A DNA stretch of 64,000 nucleotides from a virus. Its lineage: Duplodnaviria; Heunggongvirae; Uroviricota; Caudoviricetes. The notes under the pieces are model-generated. The model saw nothing but the letters and a program-made list of their open reading frames with translations. It was not told the origin of the DNA and did no database searches. Each line of letters opens with the position of its first letter. Position 1 is the first letter of the stretch. The DNA is taken from IMG/VR virus record IMGVR_UViG_3300025133_000019; one strand, 5' to 3'. Both the position numbers and the translations under genes were made by a program. This document shows, piece by piece, positions 20,116 through 30,538 of the stretch.

Positions 20116-21150
20116 ATGGAAAAATGGTTTAATATTATAGTTAGGATTTTCAAAACAATTAGGGGGCTAGGAAAAACTCCGGGTAAGGCTGAAGTAGAAC
20201 CTCCTAACAAAAAAGTAGATAGGCATGCAGATATAAAGTATGTCTCCACTCTATTGCGGGAACTAATGTATATAAAAAGAGTTTCTGAAAATCTTGATGA
20301 CAAAGTAAAACTGGCAGTGAAGTCTGTAAAGCATGATCTTGTAAACACCCCTTTCTTAGAGTCTAATTTTAATAATGGCAAGATATCTTCTGTAGACGAT
20401 AGAATTGATCTAGCTTTTGTTAGTATCTTGGAGGATATGAGGAACGATTCTAGGGTTGGAGTTGTTTATAGAGTTGGTGGCTTTGACAGGGAGAACTCTT
20501 TGATACGAGGGTCTCTCGATTCGTTTAATACCGAGTACTTTCCTGTACCTCTATCTAAAGCTATTCTATACGAAGAGACTGGGTTGAAGTGGTACAGGAA
20601 AGACGGGTATCCCACGGTAGGTTTGGATTATAATGATAAAAAGATCTCGCACAGAATTACTAGTAGAGGTTTATTTTTAAGCCAAAGAACTTTTTTTAGT
20701 TATCCTATACAACAGAGTGAGTTAGACGGCTTCAACTCTTTGGACACTGACATGAGGTTTTTTTCTAGCCATTTGAGAAGTAAGTATAATAACTTTGTGG
20801 TATCTAATAAGGTAGCATCTCGGGATGACTTAAGACACTTTAGTTTTGGAGGGTCTAAGTTGCGTGGGTGTAAATATGATAGTTCTGATGCTAGATATAT
20901 GAAGGATTGTAAGAACTGTGTCTTCAGTCTTAACAAAAGAACTTACGTGGAAGGGGATAGACTAGCTAAAGGTAGCGGGTGGAAATTTAGGAAGACTAAA
21001 TACCACAGGAGGGACGTATATAAAAGTATGCCGGATTTTAAAGAATTTCCTTGCGATTACCTTTTTGCTATACGTAGATATAACGGTGGCGGGATTAACA
21101 GCTTTCATTATTTAATGCAGGTTCTAGAACATTTAAGAGATAAAGTATGA
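20116..21150 (+). CDS. Hypothetical protein
   Basis: 344-aa ORF in the operon. Confidence 0.6.
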   Translation: MEKWFNIIVRIFKTIRGLGKTPGKAEVEPPNKKVDRHADIKYVSTLLRELMYIKRVSENLDDKVKLAVKSVKHDLVNTPFLESNFNNGKISSVDDRIDLAFVSILEDMRNDSRVGVVYRVGGFDRENSLIRGSLDSFNTEYFPVPLSKAILYEETGLKWYRKDGYPTVGLDYNDKKISHRITSRGLFLSQRTFFSYPIQQSELDGFNSLDTDMRFFSSHLRSKYNNFVVSNKVASRDDLRHFSFGGSKLRGCKYDSSDARYMKDCKNCVFSLNKRTYVEGDRLAKGSGWKFRKTKYHRRDVYKSMPDFKEFPCDYLFAIRRYNGGGINSFHYLMQVLEHLRDKV

Positions 21151-21857
21151 AGTTAATCAGTTTTACAGATAGATATTGGAAGGGTGACGGTCTTTTTCTT
21201 GATATATCCGATTTTCCACATAGAAAGAAGTCTAAAGAGGTGTACGAGTCTTTAGAATCTGGGGATGCAGTTTCGCTAAGAAACTTTTCCTTTTTTAGGA
21301 AGCATAGTCCAGAGATATACGAACTTTTGAAGAGGGCTATTAATTTCAAAGGAGAGCTAGGCCAGGACGACTTTTTGTCCCTTATAAGGTATTTTATGAG
21401 GGCTAGACTGTTCTCTATAGACTTCTTAGAGAAACAGTCAGATGACTTAGAACTTAAGGAAGATTCAGAGAGATTAGCAAAACACATGTTGGGGGCCAAG
21501 AATTTTTTTATGCCCGGAGCTAATCTTGAAATTGATTTAGAAAATTTATGGGAACTTATTCCCCAAAGAAATACCTCCGAACTTATGTATTATATAATAA
21601 CTTTTTACTGCAATCTAAGAAGGGCTAAGAAAATTTGCTCTAAGTCTAAGAAGTTTAAAGTAGATATAGAAGAAAAGGATACTTTTTTGATTACCCATTT
21701 GACCTGCGAATCCCAAGAGAGTAGTGAGATTAAAGATGACCCTTCCATGGAAAGTATTCTGTCTAATCTATTCGGGGTGGCTAATTATAAAGGGTATAAT
21801 TACGGGGCTATCAACTCTGATGACACTTCCAATTTTTGGTTTGCTTGGCTGGCATAA
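21147..21857 (+). CDS. Hypothetical protein
   Basis: 236-aa ORF, ATGA coupling. Confidence 0.6.
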   Translation: MKLISFTDRYWKGDGLFLDISDFPHRKKSKEVYESLESGDAVSLRNFSFFRKHSPEIYELLKRAINFKGELGQDDFLSLIRYFMRARLFSIDFLEKQSDDLELKEDSERLAKHMLGAKNFFMPGANLEIDLENLWELIPQRNTSELMYYIITFYCNLRRAKKICSKSKKFKVDIEEKDTFLITHLTCESQESSEIKDDPSMESILSNLFGVANYKGYNYGAINSDDTSNFWFAWLA

Positions 21858-22186
21858 TGAGAAACATAATGTTTAAGCGAACACTTAGAAAACTAGTAAA
21901 AGCCTTGTTTGATAAAAATGTGAATGGAAATCTTTTTTGTATCGAGGACCCTGAAAAAGGGAATGTTAACGTGGTTTACTATTTAGGAGAGTCTAAAGGT
22001 GGTACTATTACCCTGGAGAATGAGGATAATAAGTGGCCTTTAGTAGCTTATAATATTGAAGATCAGTATAGAAACACCCCGGATTCTAATGTTTACATAG
22101 AGATCGTTAACTATGATGAGTTCGAGCCCTCTTTACTGACACATTCGTCCTTATTTACAGATTTATTGGATTCTCTAATTTCTTAA
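21857..22186 (+). CDS. Hypothetical protein
   Basis: TAATG coupling suggests a start at 21857. Confidence 0.5.
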   Translation: MRNIMFKRTLRKLVKALFDKNVNGNLFCIEDPEKGNVNVVYYLGESKGGTITLENEDNKWPLVAYNIEDQYRNTPDSNVYIEIVNYDEFEPSLLTHSSLFTDLLDSLIS

Positions 22187-22228
22187 TATTCTACTTGTTT
22201 AATATCTCTTTTTCGTGAGGTGATTTAA

Positions 22229-22675
22229 ATGGTAGATTCGGAAACTAAGAAGGTCTTTGTCCTTGATGATAACAAGGCTTGGCTAGATTTAATAAAGCAC
22301 ACTATAATACCCCATTTTAGTCTTAGAAACGTAGAGTTTGTTTTGATGACTACAGAATGGAGAGAGATGTTAGATCATTCTGAAGTGAGCCAAGCATCCT
22401 TATTTATTATAGATTATTTTCTTAAGAATACCCCTGTTAAATCTAGATTTCCTTCTTTAGACATGAATGCTGATATTACTGGAATGGAGTTAGCCATGAC
22501 CTGTAAGACTTTAGCTCCTAATGCTAAAGTTAAAATCGTGACTTGTGGACAATCCATAGTTTTGGAGGCTCTAAGTAAAAATTCCGAGTTTTTAAGAGTG
22601 TGTGAGCCTAAAGATATTATTAATAAGCCTTTAACTTTAGAAGTTATGAAGAGTGTCGTAAAAGAGTTATCCTAA
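22229..22675 (+). CDS. Stand-alone response-regulator receiver (CheY-like)
   Basis: VFVLDD; LFIIDYFL (phospho-Asp); GMEL; IVT; INKP. Confidence 0.8.
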   Translation: MVDSETKKVFVLDDNKAWLDLIKHTIIPHFSLRNVEFVLMTTEWREMLDHSEVSQASLFIIDYFLKNTPVKSRFPSLDMNADITGMELAMTCKTLAPNAKVKIVTCGQSIVLEALSKNSEFLRVCEPKDIINKPLTLEVMKSVVKELS

Positions 22676-23568
22676 TGTCTTTTGAAGTAGCAGATTCAGT
22701 TTATTTCTTATTAATTAAGGATGATAGTCTTTTAAGGACTACTTTGTTTGATTTTATAGAGCAGAATCATGAGACAGTTTATGTCTGTAATTCTGTAGAG
22801 GACTATGTATACAAGACTTCCTATTTTACGGGAAATACCTCTTCATTTATAGTATCCTTTATAGAATGCACTCCAGATATCATGCATTACGTGCAAGATA
22901 GTGTGATTATGAAAACTGGTATACCTGGATTTTTTCCGCTGGGCACGTTTTTATTTTTGGATTCTTCAGATAAAAAATTCAGTTATGTAATGCCAACTCA
23001 TGTCAAACATATCCAGGCTCATTATAAAACGTTAGAAATTGTAGATACTAAGGATATTGATTTAGAAGATTCTCCTCGGAGACTGGCTTTCTTAGATGAA
23101 ATAAGATCTAAAAACAGTAAGATGAGGTTTCATCTTTATAATCAAATATGCCATTACTACCTTTTAGATAAAGTTGAGACTAATTTTCAAGCTGTGGCCA
23201 TACTTAGGGAAGACGTTATGGAGTTGATTAATCCTGATCAGCATAGCTTTGAGAAGATTGCCAAGAAAAACACTGTTATATCTTTCTCCAAAATAACAGA
23301 AGATTTGAGAGAGGACATAAAGAATAATAAATATCTAATGGGCGGTATAGATTGGATAATTGCCCATGCTTGGATTAACAGAGCGAAGTACATGGTATCG
23401 CTTTTACTCTTTGTGGCTACTCTAGGATTCTATTTTTCAACTGATATTTATAGGGTCTATTACACTGTGGATTTTATTTTTAAAAATAAGTATCAATTAG
23501 AAAGAGTAGTAGAGAAAGAACGTATCAAAGCAAAGAAAGAAATTCAAGCAGAAGTTAAAGGTAAATAA
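22675..23568 (+). CDS. Membrane protein with a pseudo-receiver-like N-terminus
   Basis: FLLIKDDSLLRTTL...VYVCNSVED resembles receiver b1-a1-b2; C-terminal TM (YMVSLLLFVATLGFYF). Confidence 0.4.
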   Translation: MSFEVADSVYFLLIKDDSLLRTTLFDFIEQNHETVYVCNSVEDYVYKTSYFTGNTSSFIVSFIECTPDIMHYVQDSVIMKTGIPGFFPLGTFLFLDSSDKKFSYVMPTHVKHIQAHYKTLEIVDTKDIDLEDSPRRLAFLDEIRSKNSKMRFHLYNQICHYYLLDKVETNFQAVAILREDVMELINPDQHSFEKIAKKNTVISFSKITEDLREDIKNNKYLMGGIDWIIAHAWINRAKYMVSLLLFVATLGFYFSTDIYRVYYTVDFIFKNKYQLERVVEKERIKAKKEIQAEVKGK

Positions 23569-23629
23569 CTGTTGAATTAAATCCCCATTTCCTTTATAAT
23601 ATACCTCTCTAATAATTTATTTAGTTAAG

Positions 23630-24517
23630 GTGATTATGAGGTATTTTATTGGGATTGACCAATCCCTTTCCTGTAGTGGAGTTGTTGTACTAGATAATGA
23701 AACTAAAAAGGTTATAGAATCTGTTAACATCAAGTCAACGTCTAACACTCCTATTTATGTTACTGGCGTAGATAATTATACTCAAACTTCTGACAGGGTT
23801 AACTATATAGTAACTCGTGTAGAAGAAGTTTTTAAAGGCTACGATCCCAAGGATACTCTCGTATGTATGGAGCATTTGGCTTCGTCTTTGAAAAAGAGTA
23901 GAGATACAGATTATGTGCTGGCCCATTTATTCTTTTCTTTAATAGGATTGATAAATATGTACGGGTTTGAGAGACTGATAGTATCTCCCACTTCTCATAA
24001 AAAGCTAGTATTTCCACCTGACAGAACTAAATTAGTTAAAAAGACCGTAGAAACTTTAAAAAAGGTTAAGAAAACTATAGACAAGAAAGAAGTGGAACAC
24101 GATCTATTTTTTGAAGACGGCTTGTTAAAAACTGGCTTTTCTAGAGAGGTTGATAGTTTCTTGACCACTTATGATTGTAAGGATGCTTTTTGTCTAGCTT
24201 ACTTTGGTATGGAAGCTAGGTTTTGTAAATTTTCTGAGGTATTCCAACACAGAACTCCTAAGCAAAAGGCTATTGGTGATAACTATAAATTAGACGCATT
24301 AAAAGGTGCCTTGTGTTCTAGTATAAAACGGGACCGGGGATGCTGGAGTTGCGTTGTTTTCGATAAATGCAAAGAGAAGGGTAAGTTCACAGAGAGCAAG
24401 TCTACGTTAAAAAGGCATTTAAGACTAAAAGACCGCCAAAGAGACTTAGTTTCCGAGTATATTGATAACGCAGAGGAGCTTAGACCCAAAACTATAACTC
24501 TGGAGGAAGTGGAATGA
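23630..24517 (+). CDS. ruvC: RuvC-like Holliday junction resolvase with C-terminal extension
   Basis: IGIDQSLSCSGVVVL; CMEH; SPTSHKK; DAFCLA. Confidence 0.75.
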   Translation: MIMRYFIGIDQSLSCSGVVVLDNETKKVIESVNIKSTSNTPIYVTGVDNYTQTSDRVNYIVTRVEEVFKGYDPKDTLVCMEHLASSLKKSRDTDYVLAHLFFSLIGLINMYGFERLIVSPTSHKKLVFPPDRTKLVKKTVETLKKVKKTIDKKEVEHDLFFEDGLLKTGFSREVDSFLTTYDCKDAFCLAYFGMEARFCKFSEVFQHRTPKQKAIGDNYKLDALKGALCSSIKRDRGCWSCVVFDKCKEKGKFTESKSTLKRHLRLKDRQRDLVSEYIDNAEELRPKTITLEEVE

Positions 24518-25116
24518 GGCATAATTTTGTTGTATTTGAAGGTGTAGATGGATCTGGGAAGTCTACTGTGATAAAGGAAATTATATCTAGGTTGGGGAAA
24601 GGTCCGATAGCTTTGACTAGAGAGCCTCGTGGGTACACAATCCCGTGCCAACAGATGTATGATATTCTTGTTGATAAGGATTTCAAGTTATGCCCAGAAG
24701 CAGAGCTAGCATTAGTTCTAGCATCTAGAGCTGAAAACCTAAACAAAACTATTTTACCTTACTTAAAGTCTTCTCATGTATTTTGTGACAGGTTTGCAGA
24801 AAGTACTATGGCTTACCAAGGAGCGGGTAGGGGCTTGGTAGGTATAGAGAGTATGGTGTATGACCCCAAATTCTACGTTAAACCCGATCTCACTATAATT
24901 CTTGATGTCCCTCTGGAAGTTTCTATTGAGAGGATGGTGGGAAGAAAGAGCGAGGATAAATTTGATAATGAAACCAAGGATTTCATGCTAAGGATTCGTG
25001 AGTACTTTTTAAGTTTAGAAAGTGATTCTCATATTGTCATTGATGCAAGCCAAGAGCTAGATAAGGTTTTGGACAGGACCACTGAGGTTTTACTGGAGAA
25101 TTTAGAATGGAGTTAA
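24514..25116 (+). CDS. tmk: Thymidylate kinase
   Basis: FEGVDGSGKST; TREP; CDRF; YQG; KPDLTIILDV. Confidence 0.95.
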   Translation: MRHNFVVFEGVDGSGKSTVIKEIISRLGKGPIALTREPRGYTIPCQQMYDILVDKDFKLCPEAELALVLASRAENLNKTILPYLKSSHVFCDRFAESTMAYQGAGRGLVGIESMVYDPKFYVKPDLTIILDVPLEVSIERMVGRKSEDKFDNETKDFMLRIREYFLSLESDSHIVIDASQELDKVLDRTTEVLLENLEWS

Positions 25117-26426
25117 GAGGAGACTATTCAGAGTTTGCTCAAAATGAGTCTAAACAGACTAATTCTGCTAAGACTTGTTACTCTTCTAATATAAAGATAG
25201 ACGAGCCAGCAAAACTAGACCTGAATTCAGACATAACTAAATCTGAGCATCATAGCACTTTTGGACACCAATACGTTAATCTAAAGATGCACACTTCTAG
25301 GCTTCATGCCTTATTTTTGTATGGTCAACCTTATTATGTAGCTGATGAGAGATCTTTTAGGTATACTAAGCCTAGCAGTCCCAGAGCTTTTTATGACTTT
25401 GGCGATGAAGATTTAAAAGCCCATAACATCAGGAGTTACGAGTTTTATTGGAAAATATATGAGGAAGTTAAACTAGCTTTAGAACCTGTGGTAACCCCAG
25501 TTTTTAGAAGTAAATTTGAGAGTAAGCTTGATAAGTTGAGTTTTGAGTTAGCCAGGATGGTTTTACCTCTTAGCACTAAGACTAAAAAATGGCACACAGT
25601 TAATGCGGAATCCTTATTACAGCACTCTTCAATTCTTCCGGAAGGGCTGGTTTGCCATGAAGAGTACATAAATGAGTTGTTTGATAAGGTTTTTGTCCAC
25701 AGTCCTACAGCTACTGATTACGTAGGATCGAGAAGAGCTGTGGAAGAGACAGAATTCTTTACGGACGAGGACTTCTCTTCTGGTAACCACTCCAACAGAT
25801 TTGATTGCTCATCGAAGTTCTCCGGGTGGTACGATCATAATATCCTATCGGATATAGCCGAGGAAATTCTTAACTGTCAAAACGTAACTCATTTACATAG
25901 GCTAAGTCCTTTGGGTAAAAAGTTGATCATGAAAAGAGTTAGTGGCTCCTATGTTATGAGTGCTTCCTGTTTGGCACAGCTTATACGTCACAGGCCCTTT
26001 TCCTTAGACTACAAGTTTTTAAACGGCTCTTTTTATATGGACGAGTTCCTTGAGCAATCTCCTAGTTATCATGAGTACATAAAATATGCTAATGAGACTT
26101 TAAAGGACCAGTCTACCAATCCTCTTAAATATTATTTTAGAGCCATGGGAAACAATTTGCACGTAGATTTTAACGTGCCTTGCTATGACCTTATCAATTT
26201 TACCAAGAAACGGCTTTGTTTTAATGCTCAGAAAGAGGTTTACGACTTAGCTGAGTTTATGGTATCCGGGTTTAAAAAGAATGTAGATCCAGCAGTTGTT
26301 GACCACCTTTATGCCCCTCCTTGTTCACATAATTTTAAAAAAGGTGTGAAACCCACTTGTCCAGAAGGTGTTAGATATTGTAGAATACCAGTGTGGAAAC
26401 AAAAAATTAGGGAGAGGAATTTTTAA
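25107..26426 (+). CDS. thyX: Flavin-dependent thymidylate synthase, tandem-domain type
   Basis: HHSTFGH; ERSFRY; second-domain QLIRHR; RLCFNAQKEV; C-terminal CPEG...C. Confidence 0.75.
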   Translation: MELRGDYSEFAQNESKQTNSAKTCYSSNIKIDEPAKLDLNSDITKSEHHSTFGHQYVNLKMHTSRLHALFLYGQPYYVADERSFRYTKPSSPRAFYDFGDEDLKAHNIRSYEFYWKIYEEVKLALEPVVTPVFRSKFESKLDKLSFELARMVLPLSTKTKKWHTVNAESLLQHSSILPEGLVCHEEYINELFDKVFVHSPTATDYVGSRRAVEETEFFTDEDFSSGNHSNRFDCSSKFSGWYDHNILSDIAEEILNCQNVTHLHRLSPLGKKLIMKRVSGSYVMSASCLAQLIRHRPFSLDYKFLNGSFYMDEFLEQSPSYHEYIKYANETLKDQSTNPLKYYFRAMGNNLHVDFNVPCYDLINFTKKRLCFNAQKEVYDLAEFMVSGFKKNVDPAVVDHLYAPPCSHNFKKGVKPTCPEGVRYCRIPVWKQKIRERNF

Positions 26427-28465
26427 TGGATCAAAGGACAAGACTAGCTAAAATCAAGAATTTGTTTGAAGAGTATGAGAATGGATATCCTAGCGTTTCA
26501 GATAGTGCTTATGATGAAGTGGTTACCGAATACCTTTCAAAAGGGGGCAGTTATTCTGACATATACGGGGATAGTTTAGTACGTTCTGAATACCCTTGTC
26601 TAAGTCAAGATAATATCTATTCTGAGGATGAATTGTGTGCCGATTACTTTGCTAAGAGACTAGATCTCAGCACTCTAGGGTACGGTTGGGCAGTAAAATA
26701 CTCATCCAGCAAGAAAACTGATGTTTTGATTTGTACTCCCAAGTTTGACGGGGTTTCTGTGTATTTTTTAATAGATCCTGAGACTAAGAAGCCTTTCTCG
26801 GTTTTCTCTAGGCACGATAAAAGACTTTTCCCGTTTATAGAACAGAGAGTAATTCAGTTATTTGAGGAGAAGTATTTGTCATTAGTCTCTGACGATTGGT
26901 TTGAGTCTTACAATTCTGTATTAACGGTTAGGGTAGAAGTAATAATGCCCAAGTCGGTATTCGAGCAGAAGTACAAAAGAACTGAGTCTAATCCTGATGG
27001 TAAGGCCAATCCTAGAAATGCGGTATCTGGCTTGCTTAATAAAAAGTATCCTGTTCCTGCTTTAGATGACCTTGATTTTGTTCCATTTGATAAAACTTCC
27101 CCCGGAAAATATTCCGAGTATTTCCCTGAACGGGAATACCCCATTATAAAAGTAGATAGAGACTTGGTTTCTCAACATATTAAAGAAGATGGAAGCCTAG
27201 TGGAAAAAGGAAGTTTGAGTGCGTTGTTCGAGGACTCTTTTGAAAAGGTGTTTGAGAAATACTATTGTGATGGAATAGTTTTTCGTCCCGATGATCTGGA
27301 CTACCGAGAGAGTATGGGTAGGAATGACCACCACTGGTCAACAGAGATGGCGTACAAAAACTTTAATGAGGAAAAGCATGAAACTGTGCTAAAAGGAGTG
27401 ACCTTCACCTTAAGCCCCTCTGGAGAGTTTTTTCCAGTAGGACAGTTAGAACCTATCCAGTTTAAAGATGCCGAAGTCTCTAATGTCACACTGAATAGCA
27501 TGAGATTTATTCAGGAAGAATTTGAATTCCCTGTAATGATAGGAAGTCTTGTAACGGTTATAAAGAGTGGAGATATAATTCCTAAAGTTATAGATGTGGA
27601 TGTACCTCCTAAAGATGGTGTACCTATTCGTCTGGATGAGTGTCCTTATTGTGAAACTTCAACTGTCAGAGATGGAGCTTATCTTTTCTGTAAAAATTTG
27701 TCCTGTCCTGAAAGAGAAGCCAAGCTTTTGGTTAAGCAAATTCAGTTTTTACAAGAGTTTTTGGGATCTAAAGGTATCAGCGAGAAAACAGTTAGAAAGC
27801 TGTATAATATAGGAATTAGAACCTTTGATGACTGTATCGCTACTAACTTTTTAGAGGGTTCGGCTATAGAGGATGCTGTTGGGCCTTCTATGACTGGAAA
27901 ACTGGAAGATCTGTTTAGCAATTTGAAATCCAGGGATATAACAGTGGGGACGATGTTCAGACTTTTGCAGATAGAAGATTTTGGGAGATCTGCGGAAGCT
28001 AAGTTCAATTCTTGGACTGCTAGAAATAGAAATGATCTCTTGTTTGACCAAAACTCCCTTAGAGTATACAATCTTGATTCTGTGGTAGATGAATTTTTTG
28101 ACGCACACACAAGTATAAATAGTAAATTGAGGGGCAGAGTAAAAGACTTTCTTGAGTCTGGCAGTACTGTTTTTGAGGATTTAAAAGTAGTTCCCTTTGA
28201 GCTGGACGAGAGTTCTGAGAGTCTTCCTAAGTATCTTGTTACTGGGTCACTGGATGGTATGTCAAAGAAAGAATTCGCTTCCAGTATTTCTGGAAAAGCG
28301 CTGGAAATTTCCGCTATGGCTAAAATTGATTATCTGGTTTGTAATTCGTTTAACCCAGAGAAGCCTTCAGGAAAAGCAAAGAAAGTTATGGAACTACAGA
28401 AGAAAGGAAGTCCTGTTCAGATAGTTAATCAGGAAGAGTTTTTAGGTTTACTAGCAGCCTCTTAA
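26426..28465 (+). CDS. ligA: NAD-dependent DNA ligase
   Basis: SDSAYD; PKFDG; NPRNAVSG; DGIV; SGDIIPKV; Zn finger CPYC...C...C; BRCT. Confidence 0.93.
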   Translation: MDQRTRLAKIKNLFEEYENGYPSVSDSAYDEVVTEYLSKGGSYSDIYGDSLVRSEYPCLSQDNIYSEDELCADYFAKRLDLSTLGYGWAVKYSSSKKTDVLICTPKFDGVSVYFLIDPETKKPFSVFSRHDKRLFPFIEQRVIQLFEEKYLSLVSDDWFESYNSVLTVRVEVIMPKSVFEQKYKRTESNPDGKANPRNAVSGLLNKKYPVPALDDLDFVPFDKTSPGKYSEYFPEREYPIIKVDRDLVSQHIKEDGSLVEKGSLSALFEDSFEKVFEKYYCDGIVFRPDDLDYRESMGRNDHHWSTEMAYKNFNEEKHETVLKGVTFTLSPSGEFFPVGQLEPIQFKDAEVSNVTLNSMRFIQEEFEFPVMIGSLVTVIKSGDIIPKVIDVDVPPKDGVPIRLDECPYCETSTVRDGAYLFCKNLSCPEREAKLLVKQIQFLQEFLGSKGISEKTVRKLYNIGIRTFDDCIATNFLEGSAIEDAVGPSMTGKLEDLFSNLKSRDITVGTMFRLLQIEDFGRSAEAKFNSWTARNRNDLLFDQNSLRVYNLDSVVDEFFDAHTSINSKLRGRVKDFLESGSTVFEDLKVVPFELDESSESLPKYLVTGSLDGMSKKEFASSISGKALEISAMAKIDYLVCNSFNPEKPSGKAKKVMELQKKGSPVQIVNQEEFLGLLAAS

Positions 28466-28485
28466 TATGTTAGCATGAGGTTTTT

Positions 28486-29406
28486 ATGGCAGAGTTAAAT
28501 AAGGTTAAAGTAGTTTATGACCACCCATTTTTTAAGGTCAAGGTAAATCCTGGTGGATGGTATCATTACGGAGAAAGAAAAGGGGTAGATTCTGTAGCGT
28601 TTATTCTGTTTGACAAATCAGAAGAAAATACCAAGTATTGTTTGACCCGAGAAACTAAGCCTCCTTTAGATGAATTTTCAGAGGATGGGGAAGTTTTTGT
28701 TACCACTGCGTTTGGCGGATCTCAAGATGAGATTGGTTCTGCTGAGTACATAGAACTTCCAGAGGATAAAAAGTTATCTCTCATGAAGTCTATTTCTATT
28801 AAGGAGTGTGCTGAGGAAGCTGGATACAAAGTGCCAGAGGAATCTTCTATATTCCTGGGAAAGGTTTTACTGAGTACCCAGATGAACCAATATGTCTATT
28901 GTTTTGCTTTTGATGTTACTGGCATAGAATTTACTGGAAGAGACCCTCAAGATAGAGGAGAAGAGAAAGCTGAGTTGGTTTGGGGTGACAGGAAGTTTAT
29001 AGTAGAGTCAGAATGCATGAAAGCTAGGGCTATATTGATATCTTTAGAGAATGTTACCGCCATGACCAAGACTTCTGGAAGAGTGCCTGTCCCCGATTTA
29101 CAGAGTACTGTTGATAAGTTAACTTCTCAGAGAAATGCTTTAGTAGTGCAGGGCCATGACGATTCCGATTATAAGTATATCTATGACTTCATAGAAGACC
29201 TTTTGGAGATATTAGGATACGTAACGGAATTTGATAGCTCAGATGATTTGTATCTAGAAGATGAAGACAAGTTTGATCTAGTAGTTTACTTCTCTTTTAA
29301 CCCGGAAAATCTTGATGACAAAGGTCTGGAGATAAATCCCTCTGACACTAAGGATTCTATAAAAGCTAAGATACTACGTAAAGAATACACAAGTTTTACA
29401 AAATAA
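28486..29406 (+). CDS. Nudix hydrolase with C-terminal extension
   Basis: FGGS...KECAEEAGY Nudix box. Confidence 0.75.
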   Translation: MAELNKVKVVYDHPFFKVKVNPGGWYHYGERKGVDSVAFILFDKSEENTKYCLTRETKPPLDEFSEDGEVFVTTAFGGSQDEIGSAEYIELPEDKKLSLMKSISIKECAEEAGYKVPEESSIFLGKVLLSTQMNQYVYCFAFDVTGIEFTGRDPQDRGEEKAELVWGDRKFIVESECMKARAILISLENVTAMTKTSGRVPVPDLQSTVDKLTSQRNALVVQGHDDSDYKYIYDFIEDLLEILGYVTEFDSSDDLYLEDEDKFDLVVYFSFNPENLDDKGLEINPSDTKDSIKAKILRKEYTSFTK

Positions 29407-29419
29407 ATTAATTACAGGG

Positions 29420-30538
29420 ATGCCCATGGCTTTTGAAACTATTAAAAATCGGCTTATGTACTCTGTCTCCAGAGGAGACGTGCTAACAGACAAGAAAAAC
29501 GGTTGTAGAAGAAAATACTTTTACAGTTATTATTTCCATTGGAATGGGTGGAGCGTAAGGAAGTCTATAAAGCAGGGTCTTGACGATTCTTTTAAACCAG
29601 AGGATTTAGAAACTCCGATTAGAAAAAAAATTGCTTACACCTTTAAAAAGGCTACTGGAAAGTATCTCCATGTAGGAGTGAAAATACACTCACAAATAGA
29701 GAAATTGCTAGAGTTAGCTAAGCTGGGTAACTTTATTGATACTGAATTCCGTAGAAATTCTTTTGTTGACATGGCAGTAGAGAAGTTTAGATCCGAATTA
29801 AAGGCAAGTGTGGAAGATCAGAAAACTGAGGCATTCCTAGATAAACCAAAAAAGCACACTTTCTTTATAGAGTATCTTAATAGTTGCCAGTTTAGTCACG
29901 GTCACCCAAATATATTACCCCCTAGTTGGGCTAGGTTTGTGGACGACTTGACTGATTTATATGAGATCAATCTAAAGTCTTTTTTTGAGTGTAAATTATA
30001 TGAAGGACTCTATTTTTTATCAAAGAGATCAGACATCTTCGATGTAGAGCCAAGTTATAGTTATACTTATAAGTTCAAGTACGAGGGCAAGAAATATGCG
30101 ATACCAGTACAAATAAGGCCAGACTTATTAACCTTGTCAGACGGGGTGTTGAGTATTTATGACTGGAAAACGGGCTCCAGTAGAAACATTAAGTTTTTTC
30201 AGTTACAATTCTACGCTTACATGCTGAAGAGAGCCCAGGAAGATGGAGTAGTCCTACAAGATAAAACTATAGACTCTATCAAGCTTAAAATATACGCTTT
30301 GAAAGAAGGCAAGCCACTACAAGAGGAATATGACGATAGCGCTTTTGATATCGAATCTTTACACAGTGTTTTTGCAGATATGATAGATATTACTGATAGT
30401 GGTATAGAGTTGAATTCTGTCGCTGACTCTAGAGAGTTAGAGTTTGAAGTGAATAGAAACTCGGGTATGTTCGGGTGTAGAACCTGTCCCTTTTTAAAAA
30501 TCTGTCCCGGAACAGCAGAAAAGCTGGGATTCCTATGA
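29420..30538 (+). CDS. Cas4-like PD-(D/E)xK exonuclease
   Basis: GCRRKY; RPDLL; IYDWKTG; QLQFY; CRTCPFLKIC. Confidence 0.82.
   Translation: MPMAFETIKNRLMYSVSRGDVLTDKKNGCRRKYFYSYYFHWNGWSVRKSIKQGLDDSFKPEDLETPIRKKIAYTFKKATGKYLHVGVKIHSQIEKLLELAKLGNFIDTEFRRNSFVDMAVEKFRSELKASVEDQKTEAFLDKPKKHTFFIEYLNSCQFSHGHPNILPPSWARFVDDLTDLYEINLKSFFECKLYEGLYFLSKRSDIFDVEPSYSYTYKFKYEGKKYAIPVQIRPDLLTLSDGVLSIYDWKTGSSRNIKFFQLQFYAYMLKRAQEDGVVLQDKTIDSIKLKIYALKEGKPLQEEYDDSAFDIESLHSVFADMIDITDSGIELNSVADSRELEFEVNRNSGMFGCRTCPFLKICPGTAEKLGFL

Noticed and set aside
9990-28465. Inteins or introns in helicase, RecA or ligase
   Set aside because: Lengths are normal and no C/S...HN splice motifs or LAGLIDADG blocks are seen
17195-30538. 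CRISPR-Cas system suggested by two Cas4-like genes
   Set aside because: No cas1/cas2 and no repeat-spacer array in the window; solo Cas4-like nucleases are common in phages
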